Positions 56,481 to 64,000 of a stretch of 64,000 nucleotides of DNA are shown in pieces (position 1 is the first letter of the stretch; every line of letters begins with the position of its first letter). The notes under the pieces were generated by a model. The model was given only the letters and a program-made list of their open reading frames with translations. It did no database searches and had not been told where the DNA came from. The stretch is taken from NCBI GenBank assembly GCA_026419835.1, contig JAOAKQ010000002.1, forward strand, positions 142,015-206,014, written 5' to 3'. A program made the translations under genes and the position numbers. The stretch comes from Sulfolobales archaeon (GTDB taxonomy: Archaea > Thermoproteota > Thermoprotei_A > Sulfolobales > NBVN01).

Positions 56481-57386
56481 CTAGGTCGTGTAGTGGAGGA
56501 AGTGCTCGAGCTTTACGTACGTTTTCGGGACCTCGGCTCTAACACCCTTCATAGGGTCGACCACCTGGTTGATTCTGAGGTCTACTACTAGACTTGCCAG
56601 CATGTAGGCCTCCTCGAAGCTCGTACCGAGAGCATTCATAAGGACTGAGACCGCTTCCTCCGAAGCTCTGTACGCCGCTTCATCGAGGTCCTTCCCGAAG
56701 GCTACTATAGAGTACCTATCCCCCACCTCAACTACCGGGTACTTCGGCCTCTTACCCTTGATTAAGCTAAGCTTTACCCGGACCTCGCCGGAGGCTTCAG
56801 CCGCAGCTACGCATATCTCCCCATCCGACTGAACTACGTGTACGTCTCCCAGAGCTAGAAGAGCTCCTTCAACAAACACCGGTAGGTACACTCTACTTCC
56901 GACTGTGAGTAGAGCTACATCCATATTCCCTCCGTGATAGCCGGAAGTTCCGGTCGGGAGATCCCCGTCTTCCGGTGCGACACCTACTACACCAACCATC
57001 GGTCTAGCTTCGATCTCTAGGTCGTTGAACACCACCTTCCTACCAGCGACTTTCAGTATCTTTACAGTCGGCCTGATCTTCTTATCTGGAAGAGCGCCGA
57101 AACCTGGCGCAACTACTATAACAGCTCTATCGAAGACCTTGATATCCTCGATTTCCACAACGAGGGTATCGCCAGGCTTCGCACCCTCGACGTAGAGAGG
57201 TCCTGTGGCTGGATTTACTCTACTCCAGTCTATTGACTCTAGGGTCGTGGTCTCATCCACTACCTGACCTCCTAGAGCGTCGAGAGTTTCAAAAACTGCG
57301 ACATCTCCGGGTGCGGCAGTGTATCTAGCTTGGTGCCGCCTAGAGAAGCTGTAGACTACGTAATCTCTCGGAAGTCTTACAACCAG
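56481..57386 (-). CDS. acetamidase/formamidase family protein (CTG start inferred)
   Basis: GPLYVEGAKPGDTLVVEIEDI and GGNMD motifs. The family N-terminus LVVRLPRDYVVYSFSRRHQARYTAAPGDVAVFETLDALGGQV lies upstream of the ORF-track GTG at 57260. The frame is open back to the TAG at 57399-57401 with no ATG/GTG/TTG. CTG at 57384-57386 gives 301 aa. Confidence 0.8.
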   Translation of the reverse strand: MVVRLPRDYVVYSFSRRHQARYTAAPGDVAVFETLDALGGQVVDETTTLESIDWSRVNPATGPLYVEGAKPGDTLVVEIEDIKVFDRAVIVVAPGFGALPDKKIRPTVKILKVAGRKVVFNDLEIEARPMVGVVGVAPEDGDLPTGTSGYHGGNMDVALLTVGSRVYLPVFVEGALLALGDVHVVQSDGEICVAAAEASGEVRVKLSLIKGKRPKYPVVEVGDRYSIVAFGKDLDEAAYRASEEAVSVLMNALGTSFEEAYMLASLVVDLRINQVVDPMKGVRAEVPKTYVKLEHFLHYTT

Positions 57387-57572
57387 AGTCCCACCAAACT
57401 ACTTTTTCGGGTTGAGCTAATTATACCGAGAATTCCGGCGCAGCCGGTCGTACTAAGCGAGGCCCACGCGTTCTCAGACCTTGCGGTGATTATTGAGCAC
57501 CGTCTTCGGAGAATACCGCGAGAAGCTGCTGTCCGGCGTCCTGGAGTTAGCCTAGGTTGGTGTAGCCTGTCT

Positions 57573-58772
57573 CTACGAAGGTACCTCTCCCAGCATCTTA
57601 CTATAGAGCTCGGCACTCCCATACTTAAACCAGATGTAGCAGGTACCTTCCTGAGAAACCATGCAGGGTCCGTACGGTCTACTCGGCGTACAAGCCTTCA
57701 TAAACATGGGGCACTGAGTTGGCTTAGCTATTCCTAGGACTACCTCACCACAGCGACATGCTGGAGGTAGGTCCGGGCTTTCAGATGCTGAAGTCAGGAC
57801 GTACTTCTCCGGTCCCGGGGGTTTGAGACCGTACTGCTCGTAAGCATCGAATTCTCCGTACTTCTCTCTTAGCTTAAGACCGCTCTTCGGTACGTACCCT
57901 ATACCTCTCCACGCGCTATCGACCTCCTCGAATACTTCACCGACATACGCCTTAGCTTGCGGATTACCTTCCCACTTAACGACTCTTCTATACTCGTTGT
58001 AGAGTTCGGGGGATCTATCGGCAACCATTCTCACAATTTCCGCGATGGATACCAGGAGGTCCACGCCGTCGAATCCCGATACCGCAGTTGCTATGCCGAA
58101 TTCCCTCGGTAGGAACTCCCACGCTGAAGCCCCTATGACGGTAGACACGTGTCCTGGAGCTACCACTCCTCTTATTGGGAGAAGACCCCTTTCCCTGTAG
58201 AGCTTAACCACGTACCTCATAATGGGTGGTGTTAACCTCAGCGCACTCAGGAGCTTGAGATTGCGGGGTACTTTGAGATTGCGTAGAGGTATTGCGTAGA
58301 GAGGAGCGGTCGTCTCGAAACCTATCCCCAGGAACACCGACTCCCTACCGTCCTTCTTCGCATCTTGAATAGCGTCTAGGAAGCTGTAGACAACTCTAAC
58401 ATCAGCACCCTGAGCTCTAGCTTCCGCGAGATTGCGCGGAGTTTTTAGAGATGTTGCTGGAGCTCTGAAAGCGTCGCCGAAGGTGTAGACCCTGACACCA
58501 TCTAGGGAGAGCTCAACGGCGTACTCGATGATCGACCCAGGGGTTACGCAGACCGGGCACCCAGGCCCAGCAACGAGCTCAACTTCTTCAGGTAGAAGAG
58601 ATCTTACACCGTACCTAACGGCAGTCCACTCGTGAGTTCCGCAGAAATTCATGATCTTCAACGGTACTTCACCGCGAGATCTCAGCTTACCGAGGTACTC
58701 TCCAATAAGTCTCAAAGCGGCTGAAACGATCTTCTCCGACTCCAAGCTCTTCAACAGCTTCTCAACGCTCAC
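57573..58772 (-). CDS. hypD: [NiFe]-hydrogenase maturation factor HypD
   Basis: MNFCGTHEW, GPGCPVCVTP, GFETTAP, PGHVS and C-terminal C-x-C...MVSQEGTC motifs. Confidence 0.9.
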   Translation of the reverse strand: MSVEKLLKSLESEKIVSAALRLIGEYLGKLRSRGEVPLKIMNFCGTHEWTAVRYGVRSLLPEEVELVAGPGCPVCVTPGSIIEYAVELSLDGVRVYTFGDAFRAPATSLKTPRNLAEARAQGADVRVVYSFLDAIQDAKKDGRESVFLGIGFETTAPLYAIPLRNLKVPRNLKLLSALRLTPPIMRYVVKLYRERGLLPIRGVVAPGHVSTVIGASAWEFLPREFGIATAVSGFDGVDLLVSIAEIVRMVADRSPELYNEYRRVVKWEGNPQAKAYVGEVFEEVDSAWRGIGYVPKSGLKLREKYGEFDAYEQYGLKPPGPEKYVLTSASESPDLPPACRCGEVVLGIAKPTQCPMFMKACTPSRPYGPCMVSQEGTCYIWFKYGSAELYSKMLGEVPS

Positions 58773-59014
58773 TCAGCTCTTCACCACCAACCCGTTTAGC
58801 ACCGTAACACAAATAACTCCATCTCCACGAGCTTAGACAAAACTAAATCCTTCTACCAGCCAATATTTTTAAGCAAGCGAAGTTGCTATATATATGGGAA
58901 ATCTTGCCGAACTCCGTTGGTACCGATAGAAAAGCTTCATTTCTGCGTAATACGGAAAGACGTGGCGCACCGTATTACGGGAGTAAAATAGACTAACCCC
59001 CCAGAAAGTTAGTT

Positions 59015-59176
59015 TTGGGCGCCAGCCTCTGCGAAGTAGTCAGTAGGATTAGGTGAATATCTAAGTGCGCAGATCTCAGGCGGAAGGATGACCCCGGGTA
59101 AGTCCTTCCGTCAGAGGTTTGCGTGCTTAGGTATTCGCTTGATCTTACTGACCGCTTTGCGGGGGGCGAGACCCAA
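59015..59176 (+). ncRNA. long near-perfect hairpin, candidate structured RNA of unknown class
   Basis: Hand pairing with i+j=118191. Positions 59026-59088 pair with 59165-59103 without any bulge: 47 Watson-Crick, 14 G-U, 2 mismatches, 14-nt loop. A further 5 bp (59015-59019/59172-59176) lie beyond an internal loop. The G-U pairs would become A-C mismatches on the minus strand. Confidence 0.6.
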
Positions 59177-59507
59177 CTAGTTCTAGCAGCTTCCACCCAT
59201 TACCTAGGTACACCGGTTTCTTGATTTCGTAGATGGAGTGCCCATCGACGTCTATTCCTATAGAGCCAGCCGGTCGGGGTATTTCTAGGAGGTACGGGTA
59301 GTGCCTAATTGGTAGAGCTGCGTACACATAGTCAGCTAGACTTACTCTACTGAGAAGCTGGTGGAGCAGCTTCTGCTTAGGTCTAGTCTTCACCTCCACA
59401 ACGTACACTAGAGGCTTCCTACCGGCTGGTTCGATAGCAACTAAGTCAACTTCGAGTTTATCTACGAAGACGTTGGTGTAGACCCTCATACCTACGTTCT
59501 TCATCAC
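59145..59507 (-). CDS. PD-(D/E)xK nuclease-fold protein (YraN/Hjc-like)
   Basis: 120 aa. E19-V-D21-L-V-A ... V-Y-V-V-E38-V-K40-T-R matches the YraN/UPF0102-type endonuclease core. The last ~10 codons overlap the 3' arm of the hairpin on the opposite strand. Confidence 0.55.
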   Translation of the reverse strand: MMKNVGMRVYTNVFVDKLEVDLVAIEPAGRKPLVYVVEVKTRPKQKLLHQLLSRVSLADYVYAALPIRHYPYLLEIPRPAGSIGIDVDGHSIYEIKKPVYLGNGWKLLELVGSRPPQSGQ

Positions 59508-59897
59508 CTTACCAACAACATCTAGCAGCTCATCCTCAGATATTGCCCCACCTACATTACGTAGTGGAAGTATATAAGCACATATGTGCTGGTTTTTAAC
59601 TAACTAACTAAGTTAGGCTTGTACGGTAATACCTTATAAGAATGCTTGTGCAGAAGAGTACCTTAAATGCTCTTAATAGAGCGACCCGCGTTAGACGTGT
59701 TTGAAGAGCGCTAGCTACAGGCTACTACGCTAAGTAAGCTATTCTAAAGGTAGTTCCGCACAGTAGTTTCACTTGAAGTAGGTGCTTCAGCTGAGACAGG
59801 TGCGCTCACAGATCGCTCTCGCTGAGTTCATCATCTAGTAGAAAAGCGCTTAAGCACTTATTAGCTTACCGAATCGCTCTCGCGAATTCCGGTACAT

Positions 59898-60461
59898 CTA
59901 CAGTTCTTCAGAGATCACAAGCTTCGCAATTACTTCATTCAAAACTCTGCGAGCTTCTTCCGGCACTTGCTCTGACTTAAGGATCTCATCTAATCTACTC
60001 TTGGTGGAGTTTACGAGGTCGATTACCGATGTGTAGCCTTTATTGAAGTATCTGAGTCCTTGAAGTAGTGTAGCTAGGTTATCGCAAATTCTCACTATCA
60101 CCGACTCCAGAGACCTACCTTCAGCTAGTTCTTGGTGGAGGTCTAGATAGCTCTCCATTCCTAGTTCTCGCAGAGCTTTTTCTTCTAGTAGTCTCGAATT
60201 AGCTATGTACTCCTTTACAGACCTAACTATATCTCCAATAACGCTCTCGGCGATATCGTGAATTAGTGCTAGCTTAACGACCTTAGATACGTCCACCTCT
60301 ACTCCAATACCTCTGAGCCTGTCGGCTATGAGCATAGATAGAAACGCTACCTCAAATATGTGTGAGCTAACGGTTTCAGAATCCGATGGAGGTACCCCCC
60401 TTATCATCCAGCCGGACCTAGCGATATTCTTAACTCTCACTGCGAGAGAGTACTTAACCAG
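59898..60461 (-). CDS. HD-domain hydrolase (YfbR-like 5'-deoxynucleotidase family; CTG start inferred)
   Basis: RSGW...SETVSSHIFEVA...LIHDIAESVIGDI gives the H...HD...D pattern. An in-frame CTG at 60459-60461 sits 7 nt after GAGGTGG. The ORF-track GTG at 60440 has no SD and leaves a very short N-terminus. Confidence 0.7.
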   Translation of the reverse strand: MVKYSLAVRVKNIARSGWMIRGVPPSDSETVSSHIFEVAFLSMLIADRLRGIGVEVDVSKVVKLALIHDIAESVIGDIVRSVKEYIANSRLLEEKALRELGMESYLDLHQELAEGRSLESVIVRICDNLATLLQGLRYFNKGYTSVIDLVNSTKSRLDEILKSEQVPEEARRVLNEVIAKLVISEEL

Positions 60462-60639
60462 CCCTTCCCCACCTCTGAGTAACCTCGGGAACCGAGTTTA
60501 AATTAATGTAATACTATCGGTGCTTAAGTCATCGTCAACTTACGTACACAATAACTGTATAAATCTGCTTATACACGGGCTTAGAGCGTATTAGATAGCT
60601 TTAAAACTGGTTTAGTACTCAGTTTTGAGGTGCCTACTA

Positions 60640-61908
60640 GTGAGCACCACTAAAGTAAGTTATTTACAGTGGATGTTGCAGGTTCTCAGGAGGTCTGTAG
60701 ACCTCGGTGGTTTTCCCGAGGAAGTTTACCAGATCCTAAGCAAACCGGAGAGAGTTCTCATGGTCAGCATACCGGTTAGAATGGATAACGGGAAGCTGGT
60801 AGTATTTGAAGGATACAGAGTTCAGCATAACAGCGCTCTAGGACCCTACAAGGGTGGCATAAGGTTCCACCCAGAGGTTGACCTAGAGACTGATATGGCT
60901 CTAGCTCTCGGAATGACCTTGAAGAACTCTCTCAACGGTCTTCCCTACGGTGGTGGTAAGGGAGCGGTTAAGGTAGACCCGAAGAAGCTCTCGCCGGGGG
61001 AGCTAGAGAGGCTATCTAGAGGATACGCTAGAGCGATAGCACCACTAATCGGGGACCTGATAGACATACCGGCACCAGACGTAGGTACGAATCCTCAGAT
61101 GATGGCCTGGATGGTCGATGAGTACAGTAAGCTCAAGGGCTACAACGTACCGGGCGTCTTCACCGCCAAGCCCCCGGACCTCTGGGGCAATCCAGTCAGG
61201 CTCTACTCCACGGGCTTCGGAACTGCTGTCGCTGGTAAGGTAGCTGCGGAGAAGTACCTGGGTACGTTTGAAGGGCTGAGAGTATCGGTTCACGGCTTTG
61301 GAAACGTAGGTCAGTACGCAGCGTACTTCTCGGAGAAGTTCGGTGCGAAAGTGATTGCTATAAGCGATACCTCGGGAACCGTCTACGACCCTAACGGAAT
61401 AGATACGGCGCTGGCTGTGAAGATTAAAGAAAGTACCGGTAAGGTCGTTAACTACCCCAGGGGCGAGAAGATACCTAGCCCAGACGCGTCACTATACGTA
61501 GACTGCGATGTACTGATGCCTTCAGCGATAGAGAACGTTATTAGAGAGGATAACGTACACAAAGTTAAAGCTAAGGTGTTCTCGGAGGGTGCTAACGGTC
61601 CCATAACACCCGAGGCTGAGAGAGTGCTCTACGAAAGAGGAGCTGTAGTAGTTCCCGATATTGCCGCTAATGCCGGCGGGGTTGTGATGTCATACTTAGA
61701 GTGGGTCGAGAACCTGCAGTGGTACTGGTGGAGTGAGGAAGAGACTCTGAAGAGGATAGAGTCTCTCATGGTGGGCAACATTAAGAGACTCATATCTAAG
61801 TACGAATCTCTGAGAAGTGAGAGAGGACCGGTAACCATGAGAGACGCAGCTTTCGTCACAGCTGTCGAAAGGATATACAAAGCAATGAAGTTGAGAGGCT
61901 GGATATAG
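60640..61908 (+). CDS. gdhA: glutamate dehydrogenase
   Basis: [18 protein letters not shown] and the GFGNVG Rossmann motif. GTG 60640 is 7 nt after GAGGTG. The ORF-track TTG at 60625 overlaps that SD. Confidence 0.9.
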   Translation: MSTTKVSYLQWMLQVLRRSVDLGGFPEEVYQILSKPERVLMVSIPVRMDNGKLVVFEGYRVQHNSALGPYKGGIRFHPEVDLETDMALALGMTLKNSLNGLPYGGGKGAVKVDPKKLSPGELERLSRGYARAIAPLIGDLIDIPAPDVGTNPQMMAWMVDEYSKLKGYNVPGVFTAKPPDLWGNPVRLYSTGFGTAVAGKVAAEKYLGTFEGLRVSVHGFGNVGQYAAYFSEKFGAKVIAISDTSGTVYDPNGIDTALAVKIKESTGKVVNYPRGEKIPSPDASLYVDCDVLMPSAIENVIREDNVHKVKAKVFSEGANGPITPEAERVLYERGAVVVPDIAANAGGVVMSYLEWVENLQWYWWSEEETLKRIESLMVGNIKRLISKYESLRSERGPVTMRDAAFVTAVERIYKAMKLRGWI

Positions 61909-62009
61909 CGTCCAACACTATACGAGACTTTTTTAGTCTAGCGCTTTCCACGATCACTTACTCTAATTCTAGGTGTTGTTAAATTATTTGTTCTAGTACC
62001 TAGAACTAC

Positions 62010-63464
62010 TTGAGGTCGAGGTTGGTGATAGACGAGAAGCTACTTACGAATGCTGTAGACCTAGCTCTATCTCAGGGAGCTACTTACGCTGAAGCTAGGT
62101 TCCAGGAGGACCTAATCGACTCTCTAGTTATGAGGAATGGTAGGGTTCTCTCTCTATCTACTTCAGTAGTTCGAGGAGTTGGTATTAGAGTTCTGGTTGG
62201 TGGAGCTCTCGGGTTTGCCGCAACGGATAGACTCGGTAGGGAGTCTATAGAGGCTACAGTCCTAGAAGCTATTAGTAGAGCTAGAGCTATCGCTCCACTA
62301 ATGAAAAAACCAATAGAGTTCGATGAGTCTAGAGTTGGTAGAGCTAGCTACGAAGCGGTGCCTAAGGAGAGCTTCGAGGCTCTCGGTCTCGAGAGTAGGG
62401 TTGAGCTAGGTAGAGAGGTATATAAGTCCGTTAGCGATACCTTGAAGAAGACCCGCTTATCCGTACTAACATTTGGCTTCACTACGAGCTCGCAGAGAAA
62501 GCTCGTAGTGAATAGTGATGGAGCGTACGTAAGATCCTCCGTTCCCAGAATATCCGTGTGGGTGAACTTCGTTGAACACTCACCAGAAAAAGGAACGATC
62601 CAGAGATTTCTCGATTTCGGTGCCGCTGGGGGTGCTGAGTGGTTGCGGGAGTGGAGGGTAGTCGATGAGGTATCTCAAGAAGCATCAAACCTCGAGAGAG
62701 TCCTGGTGGAGGGTGTTGAACCTCCAAAGGTAGATGTAGATGTTGTCGTTGGGTCCGAGATCGTCGGTCTGGTGGTTCACGAATCCGCCGGACACCCAAT
62801 GGAAGCCGATAGAATACTTGGAAGAGAAGCCGCTCAAGCCGGCGAATCGTACGTGAAGTCAGACATGGTCGGTAGGTTCGAGGTCGGCGGTAAGTATGCG
62901 ACAGTTGTCGAAGACCCTACAATACCTGGAAGCTACGGATTCTACCTATACGACGATGAGGGGATTCCAGCGAGAGCTAGGTACCTGTACAGAGAGGGCA
63001 TCCTCTTCGAACCACTACACAACAGGCACACAGCGAGAGTTTTCGGAACTCTAAGCAATGGTGCGGCGAGAGCTATGAACTACGCTAGTGAACCGATAAT
63101 TAGGATGAGCAATACCTACCTAAAGCCTGGTGATATGAGTTTCGAAGAACTTCTAGAGGATGTGGAGCTCGGCGTCTACATCAAGTCGTACATGGAGTGG
63201 AACATAGATGATATAAGGTGGAACCAGAGGTACGTAGGTTTGGAGTCGTATTTGATAGTCAACGGAGAGATCTCGAAGCCCGTTCGAAACCCAGTTCTAG
63301 AGGTAACAACTCGAGGATTCTACAGTAGGATATCTGGTGCTAGCAAGTACCTTAAGTTCTATCCCGGAACCTGCGGAAAGGGTGAGCCGTCCCAGGGAGT
63401 CCCGGTGTGGTTCGGGGGTCCGGACGTTAAGCTCGCAAAGATTAGGCTGGGTGTAGCTGTATGA
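62010..63464 (+). CDS. tldD: TldD-family metalloprotease
   Basis: HESAGHPMEADR (HExxxH) and overall PmbA_TldD architecture. An alternative start is GTG 62025, after GAGGTCGAGGT. Confidence 0.85.
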   Translation: MRSRLVIDEKLLTNAVDLALSQGATYAEARFQEDLIDSLVMRNGRVLSLSTSVVRGVGIRVLVGGALGFAATDRLGRESIEATVLEAISRARAIAPLMKKPIEFDESRVGRASYEAVPKESFEALGLESRVELGREVYKSVSDTLKKTRLSVLTFGFTTSSQRKLVVNSDGAYVRSSVPRISVWVNFVEHSPEKGTIQRFLDFGAAGGAEWLREWRVVDEVSQEASNLERVLVEGVEPPKVDVDVVVGSEIVGLVVHESAGHPMEADRILGREAAQAGESYVKSDMVGRFEVGGKYATVVEDPTIPGSYGFYLYDDEGIPARARYLYREGILFEPLHNRHTARVFGTLSNGAARAMNYASEPIIRMSNTYLKPGDMSFEELLEDVELGVYIKSYMEWNIDDIRWNQRYVGLESYLIVNGEISKPVRNPVLEVTTRGFYSRISGASKYLKFYPGTCGKGEPSQGVPVWFGGPDVKLAKIRLGVAV

Positions 63465-64000
63465 GTGCGGTAGACCTAGCTGGAAGAGTTCTCTACGAGC
63501 TAAGGGACAGGTTCGACAACGTAGCGGTTAGGGTCGTTAGCAGAGACTCGGTAATGCTTAAGATATGGAATAGCCAGCCGGGAGTTCTGCAGATGTGGAA
63601 GGATATCGTTACGCACCTACTCCTAGGTAAGCGGAGAAGGGTTGCCGTACTAGAGTTCAGAGTTTCGTCTCCCGAAGAAGTAGTTAGTGCTGTGAAGAAA
63701 ATAGAAGACTACGTAGCTAGGGTCGAAGAATCGGAGCTATACGCAGACCTCCCAGAAGTAAAGAAGCCGGCACCTCTTCAAGGAGGGTACGATAGGAGGG
63801 TAGTCGAGTACTTCTCAGACCCTAGGCCTTTAGCGGAAGTCGTAGTTAACTCGGCTCTCAGTGCTGGCGCTGAGAGAGTAGCTGGAACTATAGAACTCGA
63901 GGAAGTAGAGGTAGCGCTAGCTACTAGTAGAGGGTTTAGCGAATCCTACCGCAAGACGGAGGTCATGGCATACCTGAGGTCCTTTAGAGGGGACCTCAGC
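63461..64000 (+). CDS. PmbA/TldE-family protein (3' partial, runs off window edge)
   Basis: ATG 63461 overlaps the tldD stop (ATGA). The frame is open to the window end (MSAVDLAGRVLYELRDRFDNVAVRVVSRDSVMLKIWNSQPG...). Typical TldD/PmbA gene pair. Confidence 0.7.
   Translation, partial: MSAVDLAGRVLYELRDRFDNVAVRVVSRDSVMLKIWNSQPGVLQMWKDIVTHLLLGKRRRVAVLEFRVSSPEEVVSAVKKIEDYVARVEESELYADLPEVKKPAPLQGGYDRRVVEYFSDPRPLAEVVVNSALSAGAERVAGTIELEEVEVALATSRGFSESYRKTEVMAYLRSFRGDLS

Noticed and set aside
58900-59180. The long hairpin locus as SRP (7S) RNA or RNase P RNA.
   Set aside because: A 63-bp bulge-free helix does not fit SRP helix 5. The universal helix-8 GGAGCA/GNAR motif is absent. Only a partial GUAAGUCC is present, not the RNase P CR-I GAGGAAAGUCC, and no P4 partner strand was found.

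Overview
Densely coding archaeal chromosomal window, roughly 50% GC by eye. The gene set looks crenarchaeal: archaeal-type SAM synthetase, a short ERCC4+HhH2 XPF, an Sm protein, an NFACT/Rqc2 homologue, GC-rich tRNAs, and GAGGTG-type Shine-Dalgarno motifs upstream of many starts.

Content:
- Transport: two Dpp/Opp-type ABC peptide importer loci (one partial at the 5' edge with both ATPases, one with a binding protein and two permeases but no ATPase), two sodium:solute symporters, and a TAXI-TRAP binding protein.
- Central metabolism: PEPCK-GTP, ROK kinase, PGK, GDH, a class III aminotransferase, MAT and MoaC.
- DNA enzymes: EndoIII, XPF, a DHH phosphoesterase, and a gamma-class N6-adenine methyltransferase with an adjacent PD-(D/E)xK ORF.
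- A MoxR/DUF58 pair with a divergent DUF4129/DUF4350 cluster, plus HypD and a TldD/PmbA pair.
- Three complete tRNAs: Leu-GAG, Ser-GCU and Gly-GCC.
- No rRNA, CRISPR array or recognisable IS element was seen.

Observations most worth a second look:
1. A 140-nt ungapped hairpin at 59026-59165 with 47 Watson-Crick pairs, 14 G-U pairs and only 2 mismatches. This implies a plus-strand structured RNA of unknown class.
2. A promoter-equipped orphan 5' half of tRNA-Gln(CUG) at 18749-18787, followed by a GC-rich 14-mer. It is either a split-tRNA candidate or an integration scar.
3. A 48-105 nt repeat family with at least 4 copies. Three copies start within 0-2 nt after a stop codon and the fourth 42 nt after one.
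4. Five genes whose conserved N-termini have no ATG/GTG/TTG available and begin at in-frame CTG, plus one beginning at ATA behind a perfect SD.
5. Two adjacent perfect tandem direct repeats in an intra-operon intergenic region.

All calls come from reading the sequence and translated ORFs by eye. No database search was run.
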